Below, piece by piece: positions 23,001-38,000 of a stretch of 64,000 nt of DNA; positions within the stretch are counted from its first letter, which is position 1; every line of letters begins with the position of its first letter. The position numbers were made by a program, and so were the translations under genes. The stretch is from Eledone cirrhosa. Taxonomy: Eukaryota. The stretch is from positions 28,706,001-28,770,000 of the forward strand of contig OZ024741.1 of NCBI GenBank assembly GCA_964016885.1. Reading direction: 5' to 3'. The notes under the pieces were generated by a model. It did no database searches and was not told where the DNA came from. It worked only from the letters and a program-made list of their open reading frames with translations.

Positions 23001-26000
23001 TGCAGTTATAACAGTGGCACACATTGTCTCAGAGTGTCTGGAGAAGATGTATCTCCTCTGTGTCTATTGTGTAGTGGTGCAGTTATAACAGTGGCATACA
23101 TTGTCTGAGAGTGTCTGGAGAAGACGTTTCTCCTCTGTGTCTATTGTGTGGTGGTGCAGTTATAACAGTGGCACACATTGTCTCAGAGTGTCTGGAGAAG
23201 ATGTATCTCCTCTGTGTCTATTGTGTGGTGGTGCAGTTATAACAGTGGCACACATTGTCTCAGAGTGTCTGGAGAATATGTTTCTCCTCTGTGTCTATTG
23301 TGTGGTGGTGCAGATATAACAGTGGCACACATTGTCTCAGAGTGTCTGGAGAAGTTGTGTCTCCTCTGTGTCTATTGTGTGGTGGTGCAGTTATAACGGT
23401 GGCACACATTGTCTCAGTGTCTGGAGAAGATGTATCTCCTCTGTGTCTATTGTGTAGTGGTGCAGTTATAACAGTGGCATACATTGTCTCAGAGTGTCTG
23501 GAGAAGATGTATCTCCTCTGTGTCTATTGTGTGGTGGTGCAGTTATAACAGTGGCATACATTGTCTCAGAGTGTCTGGAGAAGATGTATCTCCTCTGTGT
23601 CTATTGTGTAGTGGTGCAGTTATAACAGTGGCATACATTGTCTCAGAGTGTCTGTAGGAGACGTTTCTCCTCTGTGTCTATTGTGTGGTGGTGCAGTTAT
23701 AACAGTGGCACACATTGTCTCAGAGTGTCTGGAGAAGATGTATCTCCTCTGTGTCTATTGTGTGGTGGTGCAGTTATAACAGTGGTACACATTGTCTCAG
23801 AGTGTGTGGAGAAGATGTATCTCCTCTGTCTCTATTGTGTGGTGGTGCAGTTATAACAGTGGCATACATTGTCTCAGAGTGTCTGGAGAAGATGTATCTC
23901 CCCCGTGTCTATTGTGTGGTGGTGCAGTTATAACAGTGGCACACATTGTCTCAGAGTGTCTGGAGAAGATGTATCTCCTCTGTGTCTATTGTGTGGTGGT
24001 GCAGTTATAACAGTGGCACACATTGTCTCAGAGTGTCTGGAGAAGATGTATCTCCTCTGTGTCTATTGTGTGGTGGTGCAGTTATAACAGTGGCACACAT
24101 TGTCTCAGAGTGTCTGGAGAACATGTATCTCCTCTGTGTCTATTGTGTGGTGGTGCAGTTATAACAGTGGCACACATTGTCTCAGAGTGTCTGGAGAAGA
24201 TGTATCTCCTCTGTGTCTATTGTGTGGTGGTGCAGTTATAACAGTGGCACACATTGTCTCAGAGTGTGTGGAGAAGATGTATCTCCTCTGTGTCTATTGT
24301 GTGGTGGTGCAGTTATAACAGTGGCACACATTGTCTCAGAGTGTGTGGAGAAGATGTATCTCCTCTGTGTCTATTGTGTGGTGGTGCAGTTATAACAGTG
24401 GCACACATTGTCTCAGAGTGTGTGGAGAAGATGTATCTCCTCTGTGTCTATTGTGTGGTGGTGCAGTTATAACAGTGGAACACATTGTCTCAGAGTGTCT
24501 GGAGAAGATGTATCTCCTCTGTGTCTATTGTGTGGTGGTGCAGTTATAACAGTGGCATACATTGTCTCAGAGTGTCTGGAGAAGATGTATCTCCTCTGTG
24601 TCTATTGTGTGGTGATGCAGTTATAACAGTGGCACACATTGTCTCAGAGTGTCTGGAGAAGATGTATCTCCTCTGTGTCTATTGTGTGGTGGTGCAGTTA
24701 TAACAGTGGAACACATTGTCTCAGAGTGTCTGGAGAAGATGTATCTCCTCTGTGTCTATTGTGTGGTGGTGCAGTTATAACAGTGGCATACATTGTCTCA
24801 GAGTGTCTGGAGAAGATGTATCTCCTCTGTGTCTATTGTGTGGTGATGCAGTTATAACAGTGGCACACATTGTCTCAGAGGGTCTGGAGAAGATGTATCT
24901 CCTCTGTGTCTATTGTGTGGTGGTGCAGTTATAACAGTGGTACACATTGTCTCAGAGTGTGTGGAGAAGATGTATCTCCTCTGTGTCTATTGTGTGGTGG
25001 TGCAGTTATAACAGTGGCACACATTGTCTCAGAGTGTGTGGAGAAGATGTATCTCCTCTGTGTCTATTGTGTGGTGGTGCAGTTATAACAGTGGCACACA
25101 TTGTCTCAGAGTGTCTGGAGAAGATGTATCTCCCCTGTGTCTATTGTGTGGTGGTGCAGTTATAAGAGTGGCACACATTGTCTCAGAGTGTCTGGGGAAG
25201 TTGTATCTCCTCTGTGTCTATTGTGCGGTGGTGAAGTTATAACAGTGTCACACATTGTCTCAGAGTGTCGGGAGAAGATGTATCTCCTCTGTGTCTATTG
25301 TGTGGTGGTGCAGTTATAACAGTGGCACACATTGTCTCAGAGTGTCTGGAGAAGATGTATCTCCTCTGTGTCTATTGTGTGGTGGTGCAGTTATAACAGT
25401 GGCACACATTGTCTCAGTGTCTGGAGAAGATGTATCTCCCCTGTGTCTATTGTGTGGTGGTGCAGTTATAACAGTGGCACACATTGTCTCAGAGTGTCTG
25501 GAGAAGATGTATCTCCCCTGTGTCTATTGTGTAGTGGTGCAGTTATAACAGTGGCATACATTGTCTCAGAGTGTCTGGAGAAGATGTATCTCCTCTGTGT
25601 CTATTGTGTGGTGGTGCAGTTATAACAGTGGAACACATTGTCTCAGAGTGTCTGGAGAAGATGTATCTCCTCTGTGTCTATTGTGTGGTGGTGCAGTTAT
25701 AACAATGGCACACATTGTCTCAGAGTGTCTGGAGAAGATGTATCTCCTCTGTGTCTATTGTGTGGTGGTGCAGTTATAACAGTGGCATACATTGTCTCAG
25801 AGTGTCTGGAGAAGATGTATCTCCTCTGTGTCTATTGTGTGGTGGTGCAGTTATAACAGTGGCATACATTGTCTCAGAGTGTCTGGAGAAGATGTATCTC
25901 CTCTGTGTCTATTGTGTGGTGGTGCAGTTATAACAGTGGTACACATTGTCTCAGAGTGTCTGGAGAAGATGTATCTCCTCTGTGTCTATTGTGTGGTGGT

Positions 26001-29000
26001 GCAGTTATAACAGTGGCGGACATTGTCTCAGAGTGTCTGAAAAAGATGTATCTCCCCTGTGTCTATTGTGTAGTGGTGCAGTTATAACAGTGGTACACAT
26101 TGTCTCAGAGTGTCTGGAGAAGATGTATCTCCCCCGTGTCTATCGTGTGGTGGTGCAGTTATAACAGTGGAACACATTGTCTCAGAGTGTCTGGAGAAGA
26201 TGTATCTCCTCTGTGTATATTGTGTGGTGGTGCAGTTATAACAGTGGTACACATTGTCTCAGAGTGTCTGGAGAAGATGTATCTCCTCTGTGTCTATTGT
26301 GTGGTGGTGCAGTTATAACAGTGGAACACATTGTCTCAGAGTGTCTGAAAAAGATGTATCTCCTCTGTGTCTATTGTGTGGTGGTGCAGTTATAACAGTG
26401 GCACACATTGTCTCAGAGTGTGTGGAGAAGTTGTGTCTCCTCTGTGTCTATTGTGTGGTGATGCAGTTATAACAGTGGCACACATTGTCTCAGAGTGTGT
26501 GGAGAAGATGTATCTCCTCTGTGTCTATTGTGTGGTGGTGCAGTTATAACAGTGGCACACATTGTCTCAGAGTGTCTGGAGAAGATGTATCTCCTCTGTG
26601 TCTATTGTGTGGTGGTGCAGTTATAACAGTGGCACACATTGTCTCAGAGTGTCTGGAGAAGATGTATCTCCCCTGTGTCTATTGTGTGGTGGTGCAGTTA
26701 TAACAGTGGCACACATTGTCTCAGAGTGTCTGGAGAAGATGTATCTCCTCTGTGTCTATTGTGTGGTGGTGCAGTTATAACAGTGGCATACATTGTCTCA
26801 GAGTGTCTGAAAAAGATGTATCTCCCCTGTGTCTATTGTGTAGTGGTGCAGTTATAACAGTGGTACACATTGTCTCAGAGTGTCTGGAGAAGATGTATCT
26901 CCTCTGTGTCTATTGTGTGGTGGTGCAGTTATAACAGTGGCGGACATTGTCTCAGAGTGTCTGAAAAAGATGTATCTCCCCTGTGTCTATTGTGTAGTGG
27001 TGCAGTTATAACAGTGGAACACATTGTCTCAGAGTGTCTGGAGAAGATGTATCTCCTCTGTGTCTATTGTGTGGTGGTGCAGTTATAACAGTGGAACACA
27101 TTGTCTCAGAGTGTCTGGAGAAGATGTATCTCCTCTGTGTCTATTGTGTGGAGGTGCAGTTATAACAGTGGCATACATTGTCTCAGAGTGTCTGGAGTAG
27201 ATGTATCTCCTCTGTGTCTATTGTGTGGTGGTGCAGTTATAACAGTGGCACACATTGTCTCAGAGTGTCTGGAGAAGATGTATCTCCTCTGTGTCTATTG
27301 TGTGGTGCTGCAGTTATAACAGTGGCACACATTGTCTCAGAGTGTCTGGAGAAGATGTATCTCCTCTGTGTCTATTGTGTGGTGGTGCAGTTATAACAGT
27401 GGCACACATTGTCTCAGAGTGTCTGGAGAAGATGTATCTCCTCTGTGTCTATTGTGTGGTGGTGCAGTTATAACAGTGGCGGACATTGTCTCAGAGTGTC
27501 TGGAGAAGATGTATCTCCTCTGTGTATATTGTGTGGTGGTGCAGTTATAACAGTGGCACACATTGTCTCAGAGTGTCTGGAGAAGATGTATCTCCCCTGT
27601 GTCTATTGTGTGGTGATGCAGTTATAACAGTGGCACACATTGTCTCAGTGTCTGGAGACGATGTATCTCCTCTGTGTCTATTGTGTGGTGGTGCAGTTAT
27701 AACAGTGGCACACATTGTCTCAGTGTCTGGAGACGATGTATCTCCTCTGTGTCTATTGTGTGGTGGTGCAGTTATAACAGTGGCACACATTGTCTCAGTG
27801 TCTGGAGAAGATGTATCTCCTCTGTGTCTATTGTGTAGTGGTGCAGTTATAACAGTGGCACACATTGTCTCAGAGTGTCTGGAGAAGATGTATCTCCTCT
27901 GTGTCTATTGTGTAGTGGTGCAGTTATAACAGTGGCACACATTGTCTCAGAGTGTCTGGAGAAGATGTATCTCCTCTGTGTCTATTGTGTAGTGGTGCAG
28001 TTATAACAGTGGCATACATTGTCTGAGAGTGTCTGGAGAAGACGTTTCTCCTCTGTGTCTATTGTGTGGTGGTGCAGTTATAACAGTGGCACACATTGTC
28101 TCAGAGTGTCTGGAGAAGATGTATCTCCTCTGTGTCTATTGTGTGGTGGTGCAGTTATAACAGTGGCACACATTGTCTCAGAGTGTCTGGAGAATATGTT
28201 TCTCCTCTGTGTCTATTGTGTGGTGGTGCAGATATAACAGTGGCACACATTGTCTCAGAGTGTCTGGAGAAGTTGTGTCTCCTCTGTGTCTATTGTGTGG
28301 TGGTGCAGTTATAACGGTGGCACACATTGTCTCAGTGTCTGGAGAAGATGTATCTCCTCTGTGTCTATTGTGTAGTGGTGCAGTTATAACAGTGGCATAC
28401 ATTGTCTCAGAGTGTCTGGAGAAGATGTATCTCCTCTGTGTCTATTGTGTGGTGGTGCAGTTATAACAGTGGCATACATTGTCTCAGAGTGTCTGGAGAA
28501 GATGTATCTCCTCTGTGTCTATTGTGTAGTGGTGCAGTTATAACAGTGGCATACATTGTCTCAGAGTGTCTGTAGGAGACGTTTCTCCTCTGTGTCTATT
28601 GTGTGGTGGTGCAGTTATAACAGTGGCACACATTGTCTCAGAGTGTCTGGAGAAGATGTATCTCCTCTGTGTCTATTGTGTGGTGGTGCAGTTATAACAG
28701 TGGTACACATTGTCTCAGAGTGTGTGGAGAAGATGTATCTCCTCTGTCTCTATTGTGTGGTGGTGCAGTTATAACAGTGGCATACATTGTCTCAGAGTGT
28801 CTGGAGAAGATGTATCTCCCCCGTGTCTATTGTGTGGTGGTGCAGTTATAACAGTGGCACACATTGTCTCAGAGTGTCTGGAGAAGATGTATCTCCTCTG
28901 TGTCTATTGTGTGGTGGTGCAGTTATAACAGTGGCACACATTGTCTCAGAGTGTCTGGAGAAGATGTATCTCCTCTGTGTCTATTGTGTGGTGGTGCAGT

Positions 29001-32000
29001 TATAACAGTGGCACACATTGTCTCAGAGTGTCTGGAGAAGATGTATCTCCTCTGTGTCTATTGTGTGGTGGTGCAGTTATAACAGTGGCACACATTGTCT
29101 CAGAGTGTCTGGAGAAGATGTATCTCCTCTGTGTCTATTGTGTGGTGGTGCAGTTATAACAGTGGCACACATTGTCTCAGAGTGTGTGGAGAAGATGTAT
29201 CTCCTCTGTGTCTATTGTGTGGTGGTGCAGTTATAACAGTGGCACACATTGTCTCAGAGTGTGTGGAGAAGATGTATCTCCTCTGTGTCTATTGTGTGGT
29301 GGTGCAGTTATAACAGTGGCACACATTGTCTCAGAGTGTGTGGAGAAGATGTATCTCCTCTGTGTCTATTGTGTGGTGGTGCAGTTATAACAGTGGAACA
29401 CATTGTCTCAGAGTGTCTGGAGAAGATGTATCTCCTCTGTGTCTATTGTGTGGTGGTGCAGTTATAACAGTGGCATACATTGTCTCAGAGTGTCTGGAGA
29501 AGATGTATCTCCTCTGTGTCTATTGTGTGGTGATGCAGTTATAACAGTGGCACACATTGTCTCAGAGTGTCTGGAGAAGATGTATCTCCTCTGTGTCTAT
29601 TGTGTGGTGGTGCAGTTATAACAGTGGAACACATTGTCTCAGAGTGTCTGGAGAAGATGTATCTCCTCTGTGTCTATTGTGTGGTGGTGCAGTTATAACA
29701 GTGGCATACATTGTCTCAGAGTGTCTGGAGAAGATGTATCTCCTCTGTGTCTATTGTGTGGTGATGCAGTTATAACAGTGGCACACATTGTCACAGAGGG
29801 TCTGGAGAAGATGTATCTCCTCTGTGTCTATTGTGTGGTGGTGCAGTTATAACAGTGGTACACATTGTCTCAGAGTGTGTGGAGAAGATGTATCTCCTCT
29901 GTGTCTATTGTGTGGTGGTGCAGTTATAACAGTGGCACACATTGTCTCAGAGTGTGTGGAGAAGATGTATCTCCTCTGTGTCTATTGTGTGGTGGTGCAG
30001 TTATAACAGTGGCACACATTGTCTCAGAGTGTCTGGAGAAGATGTATCTCCCCTGTGTCTATTGTGTGGTGGTGCAGTTATAAGAGTGGCACACATTGTC
30101 TCAGAGTGTCTGGGGAAGTTGTATTTCCTCTGTGTCTATTGTGCGGTGGTGAAGTTATAACAGTGTCACACATTGTCTCAGAGTGTCGGGAGAAGATGTA
30201 TCTCCTCTGTGTCTATTGTGTGGTGGTGCAGTTATAACAGTGGCACACATTGTCTCAGAGTGTCTGGAGAAGATGTATCTCCTCTGTGTCTATTGTGTGG
30301 TGGTGCAGTTATAACAGTGGCACACATTGTCTCAGAGTGTCTGGAGAAGATGTATCTCCTCTGTGTCTATTGTGTGGTGGTGCAGTTATAACAGTGGCGG
30401 ACATTGTCTCAGAGTGTCTGAAAAAGATGTATCTCCCCTGTGTCTATTGTGTGGTGGTGCAGTTATAACAGTGGCACACATTGTCTCAGAGTGTCTGGAG
30501 AAGATGTATCTCCTCTGTGTCTATTGTGTGGTGGTGCAGTTATAACAGTGGCATACATTGTCTCAGAGTGTCTGGAGAAGATGTATCTCCTCTGTGTCTA
30601 TTGTGTGGTGGTGCAGTTATAACAGTGGCACACATTGTCTCAGAGTGTCTGGGGAAGTTGTATCTCCTCTGTGTCTATTGTGTGGTGGTGAAGTTATAAC
30701 AGTGGCACACATTGTCTCAGAGTGTCTGGAGAAGATGTATCTCCTCTGTGTCTATTGTGTGGTGGTGCAGTAATAACAGTGGCACACTATGTCTCAGAGT
30801 GTCTGGAGAAGATGTATCTCCCCCGTGTCTATCGTGTGGTGGTGCAGTTATAACAGTGGAACACATTGTCTCAGAGTGTCTGGAGAAGATGTATCTCCTC
30901 TGTGTCTATTGTGTGGTGGTGCAGTTATAACAGTGGCGGACATTATCTCAGAGTGTCTGAAAAAGATGTATCTCCCCTGTGTCTATTGTGTAGTGGTGCA
31001 GTTATAACAGTGGCACACATTGTCTCAGAGTGTCTGGAGAAGATGTATCTCCTCTGTGTCTATTGTGTGGTGGTGCAGTTATAACAGTGGCGGACATTGT
31101 CTCAGAGTGTCTGAAAAAGATGTATCTCCCCTGTGTCTATTGTGTAGTGGTGCAGTTATAACAGTGGTACACATTGTCTCAGAGTGTCTGGAGAAGATGT
31201 ATCTCCTCTGTGTCTATTGTGTGGAGGTGCAGTTATAACAGTGGCATACATTGTCTCAGAGTGTCTGGAGAAGATGTATCTCCTCTGTGTCTATTGTGTG
31301 GTGGTGCAGTTATAACAGTGGAACACATTGTCTCAGAGTGTCTGGAGAAGATGTATCTCCTCTGTGTCTATTGTGTGGAGGTGCAGTTATAACAGTGGCA
31401 TACATTGTCTCAGAGTGTCTGGAGAAGATGTATCTCCTCTGTGTCTATTGTGTGGTGGTGCAGTTATAACAGTGGCATACATTGTCTCAGAATGTCTGGA
31501 GAAGATGTATCTCCTCTGTGTCTATTGTGTGGTGGTGCAGTTATAACAGTGGCACACATTGTCTCAGAGTGTCTGGGGAAGTTGTATCTCTTCTGTGTCT
31601 ATTGTGTGGTGGTGAAGTTATAACAGTGGCACACATTGTCTCAGAGTGTCTGGAGAAGATGTATCTCCCCTGTGTCTATTGTGTGGTGGTGCAGTTATAA
31701 CAGTGGAACACATTGTCTCAGAGTGTCTGGAGAAGATGTATCTCCTCTGTGTCTATTGTGTGGTGGTGCAGTTATAACAGTGGCATACATTGTCTCAGAG
31801 TGTCTGTAGAAGATGTATCTCCTCTGTGTCTATTGTGTGGTGGTGCAGTTATAACAGTGTCACACATTGTCTCAGAGTGTGTGGAGAAGATGTATCTCTT
31901 CTATGTCTATTGTGTGGTGGTGCAGTTATAACAGTGGCACACATTGTCTCAGAGTGTCTGGGGAAGTTGTATCTCCTCTGTGTCTATTGTGTGGTGGTGA

Positions 32001-35000
32001 AGTTATAACAGTGGCATACATTGTCTCAGAGTGTCTGTAGAAGATGTATCTCCTCTGTGTCTATTGTGTGGTGGTGCAGTTATAACAGTGGCATACATTG
32101 TCTCAGAGTGTCTGGAGAAGATGTATCTCCTCTGTGTCTATTGTGTGGTGGTGCAGTTATAACAGTGGCATACATTGTCTCAGAGTGTCTGGAGAAGATG
32201 TATCTCCTCTGTGTCTATTGTGTGGTGGTGCAGTTATAACAGTGGTACACATTGTCTCAGAGTGTCTGGAGAAGATGTATCTCCTCTGTGTCTATTGTGT
32301 GGTGGTGCAGTTATAACAGTGGCGGACATTGTCTCAGAGTGTCTGAAAAAGATGTATCTCCCCTGTGTCTATTGTGTAGTGGTGCAGTTATAACAGTGGT
32401 ACACATTGTCTCAGAGTGTCTGGAGAAGATGTATCTCCCCCGTGTCTATCGTGTGGTGGTGCAGTTATAACAGTGGAACACATTGTCTCAGAGTGTCTGG
32501 AGCAGATGTATCTCCTCTGTGTATATTGTGTGGTGGTGCAGTTATAACAGTGGTACACATTGTCTCAGAGTGTCTGGAGAAGATGTATCTCCTCTGTGTC
32601 TATTGTGTGGTGGTGCAGTTATAACAGTGGAACACATTGTCTCAGAGTGTCTGAAAAAGATGTATCTCCTCTGTGTCTATTGTGTGGTGGTGCAGTTATA
32701 ACAGTGGCACACATTGTCTCAGAGTGTGTGGAGAAGTTGTGTCTCCTCTGTGTCTATTGTGTGGTGATGCAGTTATAACAGTGGCACACATTGTCTCAGA
32801 GTGTGTGGAGAAGATGTATCTCCTCTGTGTCTATTGTGTGGTGGTGCAGTTATAACAGTGGCACACATTGTCTCAGAGTGTCTGGAGAAGATGTATCTCC
32901 TCTGTGTCTATTGTGTGGTGGTGCAGTTATAACAGTGGCACACATTGTCTCAGAGTGTCTGGAGAAGATGTATCTCCCCTGTGTCTATTGTGTGGTGGTG
33001 CAGTTATAACAGTGGCACACATTGTCTCAGAGTGTCTGGAGAAGATGTATCTCCTCTGTGTCTATTGTGTGGTGGTGCAGTTATAACAGTGGCATACATT
33101 GTCTCAGAGTGTCTGAAAAAGATGTATCTCCCCTGTGTCTATTGTGTAGTGGTGCAGTTATAACAGTGGTACACATTGTCTCAGAGTGTCTGGAGAAGAT
33201 GTATCTCCTCTGTGTCTATTGTGTGGTGGTGCAGTTATAACAGTGGCGGACATTGTCTCAGAGTGTCTGAAAAAGATGTATCTCCCCTGTGTCTATTGTG
33301 TAGTGGTGCAGTTATAACAGTGGAACACATTGTCTCAGAGTGTCTGGAGAAGATGTATCTCCTCTGTGTCTATTGTGTGGTGGTGCAGTTATAACAGTGG
33401 AACACATTGTCTCAGAGTGTCTGGAGAAGATGTATCTCCTCTGTGTCTATTGTGTGGAGGTGCAGTTATAACAGTGGCATACATTGTCTCAGAGTGTCTG
33501 GAGTAGATGTATCTCCTCTGTGTCTATTGTGTGGTGGTGCAGTTATAACAGTGGCACACATTGTCTCAGAGTGTCTGGAGAAGATGTATCTCCTCTGTGT
33601 CTATTGTGTGGTGCTGCAGTTATAACAGTGGCACACATTGTCTCAGAGTGTCTGGAGAAGATGTATCTCCTCTGTGTCTATTGTGTGGTGGTGCAGTTAT
33701 AACAGTGGCACACATTGTCTCAGAGTGTCTGGAGAAGATGTATCTCCTCTGTGTCTATTGTGTGGTGGTGCAGTTATAACAGTGGCGGACATTGTCTCAG
33801 AGTGTCTGGAGAAGATGTATCTCCTCTGTGTATATTGTGTGGTGGTGCAGTTATAACAGTGGCACACATTGTCTCAGAGTGTCTGGAGAAGATGTATCTC
33901 CCCTGTGTCTATTGTGTGGTGATGCAGTTATAACAGTGGCACACATTGTCTCAGTGTCTGGAGACGATGTATCTCCTCTGTGTCTATTGTGTGGTGGTGC
34001 AGTTATAACAGTGGCACACATTGTCTCAGTGTCTGGAGACGATGTATCTCCTCTGTGTCTATTGTGTGGTGGTGCAGTTATAACAGTGGCACACATTGTC
34101 TCAGTGTCTGGAGAAGATGTATCTCCTCTGTGTCTATTGTGTAGTGGTGCAGTTATAACAGTGGCACACATTGTCTCAGAGTGTCTGGAGAAGATGTATC
34201 TCCTCTGTGTCTATTGTGTAGTGGTGCAGTTATAACAGTGGCACACATTGTCTCAGAGTGTCTGGAGAAGATGTATCTCCTCTGTGTCTATTGTGTAGTG
34301 GTGCAGTTATAACAGTGGCATACATTGTCTGAGAGTGTCTGGAGAAGACGTTTCTCCTCTGTGTCTATTGTGTGGTGGTGCAGTTATAACAGTGGCACAC
34401 ATTGTCTCAGAGTGTCTGGAGAAGATGTATCTCCTCTGTGTCTATTGTGTGGTGGTGCAGTTATAACAGTGGCACACATTGTCTCAGAGTGTCTGGAGAA
34501 TATGTTTCTCCTCTGTGTCTATTGTGTGGTGGTGCAGATATAACAGTGGCACACATTGTCTCAGAGTGTCTGGAGAAGTTGTGTCTCCTCTGTGTCTATT
34601 GTGTGGTGGTGCAGTTATAACGGTGGCACACATTGTCTCAGTGTCTGGAGAAGATGTATCTCCTCTGTGTCTATTGTGTAGTGGTGCAGTTATAACAGTG
34701 GCATACATTGTCTCAGAGTGTCTGGAGAAGATGTATCTCCTCTGTGTCTATTGTGTGGTGGTGCAGTTATAACAGTGGCATACATTGTCTCAGAGTGTCT
34801 GGAGAAGATGTATCTCCTCTGTGTCTATTGTGTAGTGGTGCAGTTATAACAGTGGCATACATTGTCTCAGAGTGTCTGTAGGAGACGTTTCTCCTCTGTG
34901 TCTATTGTGTGGTGGTGCAGTTATAACAGTGGCACACATTGTCTCAGAGTGTCTGGAGAAGATGTATCTCCTCTGTGTCTATTGTGTGGTGGTGCAGTTA

Positions 35001-38000
35001 TAACAGTGGTACACATTGTCTCAGAGTGTGTGGAGAAGATGTATCTCCTCTGTCTCTATTGTGTGGTGGTGCAGTTATAACAGTGGCATACATTGTCTCA
35101 GAGTGTCTGGAGAAGATGTATCTCCCCCGTGTCTATTGTGTGGTGGTGCAGTTATAACAGTGGCACACATTGTCTCAGAGTGTCTGGAGAAGATGTATCT
35201 CCTCTGTGTCTATTGTGTGGTGGTGCAGTTATAACAGTGGCACACATTGTCTCAGAGTGTCTGGAGAAGATGTATCTCCTCTGTGTCTATTGTGTGGTGG
35301 TGCAGTTATAACAGTGGCACACATTGTCTCAGAGTGTCTGGAGAAGATGTATCTCCTCTGTGTCTATTGTGTGGTGGTGCAGTTATAACAGTGGCACACA
35401 TTGTCTCAGAGTGTCTGGAGAAGATGTATCTCCTCTGTGTCTATTGTGTGGTGGTGCAGTTATAACAGTGGCACACATTGTCTCAGAGTGTGTGGAGAAG
35501 ATGTATCTCCTCTGTGTCTATTGTGTGGTGGTGCAGTTATAACAGTGGCACACATTGTCTCAGAGTGTGTGGAGAAGATGTATCTCCTCTGTGTCTATTG
35601 TGTGGTGGTGCAGTTATAACAGTGGCACACATTGTCTCAGAGTGTGTGGAGAAGATGTATCTCCTCTGTGTCTATTGTGTGGTGGTGCAGTTATAACAGT
35701 GGAACACATTGTCTCAGAGTGTCTGGAGAAGATGTATCTCCTCTGTGTCTATTGTGTGGTGGTGCAGTTATAACAGTGGCATACATTGTCTCAGAGTGTC
35801 TGGAGAAGATGTATCTCCTCTGTGTCTATTGTGTGGTGATGCAGTTATAACAGTGGCACACATTGTCTCAGAGTGTCTGGAGAAGATGTATCTCCTCTGT
35901 GTCTATTGTGTGGTGGTGCAGTTATAACAGTGGAACACATTGTCTCAGAGTGTCTGGAGAAGATGTATCTCCTCTGTGTCTATTGTGTGGTGGTGCAGTT
36001 ATAACAGTGGCATACATTGTCTCAGAGTGTCTGGAGAAGATGTATCTCCTCTGTGTCTATTGTGTGGTGATGCAGTTATAACAGTGGCACACATTGTCAC
36101 AGAGGGTCTGGAGAAGATGTATCTCCTCTGTGTCTATTGTGTGGTGGTGCAGTTATAACAGTGGTACACATTGTCTCAGAGTGTGTGGAGAAGATGTATC
36201 TCCTCTGTGTCTATTGTGTGGTGGTGCAGTTATAACAGTGGCACACATTGTCTCAGAGTGTGTGGAGAAGATGTATCTCCTCTGTGTCTATTGTGTGGTG
36301 GTGCAGTTATAACAGTGGCACACATTGTCTCAGAGTGTCTGGAGAAGATGTATCTCCCCTGTGTCTATTGTGTGGTGGTGCAGTTATAAGAGTGGCACAC
36401 ATTGTCTCAGAGTGTCTGGGGAAGTTGTATTTCCTCTGTGTCTATTGTGCGGTGGTGAAGTTATAACAGTGTCACACATTGTCTCAGAGTGTCGGGAGAA
36501 GATGTATCTCCTCTGTGTCTATTGTGTGGTGGTGCAGTTATAACAGTGGCACACATTGTCTCAGAGTGTCTGGAGAAGATGTATCTCCTCTGTGTCTATT
36601 GTGTGGTGGTGCAGTTATAACAGTGGCACACATTGTCTCAGAGTGTCTGGAGAAGATGTATCTCCTCTGTGTCTATTGTGTGGTGGTGCAGTTATAACAG
36701 TGGCGGACATTGTCTCAGAGTGTCTGAAAAAGATGTATCTCCCCTGTGTCTATTGTGTGGTGGTGCAGTTATAACAGTGGCACACATTGTCTCAGAGTGT
36801 CTGGAGAAGATGTATCTCCTCTGTGTCTATTGTGTGGTGGTGCAGTTATAACAGTGGCATACATTGTCTCAGAGTGTCTGGAGAAGATGTATCTCCTCTG
36901 TGTCTATTGTGTGGTGGTGCAGTTATAACAGTGGCACACATTGTCTCAGAGTGTCTGGGGAAGTTGTATCTCCTCTGTGTCTATTGTGTGGTGGTGAAGT
37001 TATAACAGTGGCACACATTGTCTCAGAGTGTCTGGAGAAGATGTATCTCCTCTGTGTCTATTGTGTGGTGGTGCAGTAATAACAGTGGCACACTATGTCT
37101 CAGAGTGTCTGGAGAAGATGTATCTCCCCCGTGTCTATCGTGTGGTGGTGCAGTTATAACAGTGGAACACATTGTCTCAGAGTGTCTGGAGAAGATGTAT
37201 CTCCTCTGTGTCTATTGTGTGGTGGTGCAGTTATAACAGTGGCGGACATTATCTCAGAGTGTCTGAAAAAGATGTATCTCCCCTGTGTCTATTGTGTAGT
37301 GGTGCAGTTATAACAGTGGCACACATTGTCTCAGAGTGTCTGGAGAAGATGTATCTCCTCTGTGTCTATTGTGTGGTGGTGCAGTTATAACAGTGGCGGA
37401 CATTGTCTCAGAGTGTCTGAAAAAGATGTATCTCCCCTGTGTCTATTGTGTAGTGGTGCAGTTATAACAGTGGTACACATTGTCTCAGAGTGTCTGGAGA
37501 AGATGTATCTCCTCTGTGTCTATTGTGTGGAGGTGCAGTTATAACAGTGGCATACATTGTCTCAGAGTGTCTGGAGAAGATGTATCTCCTCTGTGTCTAT
37601 TGTGTGGTGGTGCAGTTATAACAGTGGAACACATTGTCTCAGAGTGTCTGGAGAAGATGTATCTCCTCTGTGTCTATTGTGTGGAGGTGCAGTTATAACA
37701 GTGGCATACATTGTCTCAGAGTGTCTGGAGAAGATGTATCTCCTCTGTGTCTATTGTGTGGTGGTGCAGTTATAACAGTGGCATACATTGTCTCAGAATG
37801 TCTGGAGAAGATGTATCTCCTCTGTGTCTATTGTGTGGTGGTGCAGTTATAACAGTGGCACACATTGTCTCAGAGTGTCTGGGGAAGTTGTATCTCTTCT
37901 GTGTCTATTGTGTGGTGGTGAAGTTATAACAGTGGCACACATTGTCTCAGAGTGTCTGGAGAAGATGTATCTCCCCTGTGTCTATTGTGTGGTGGTGCAG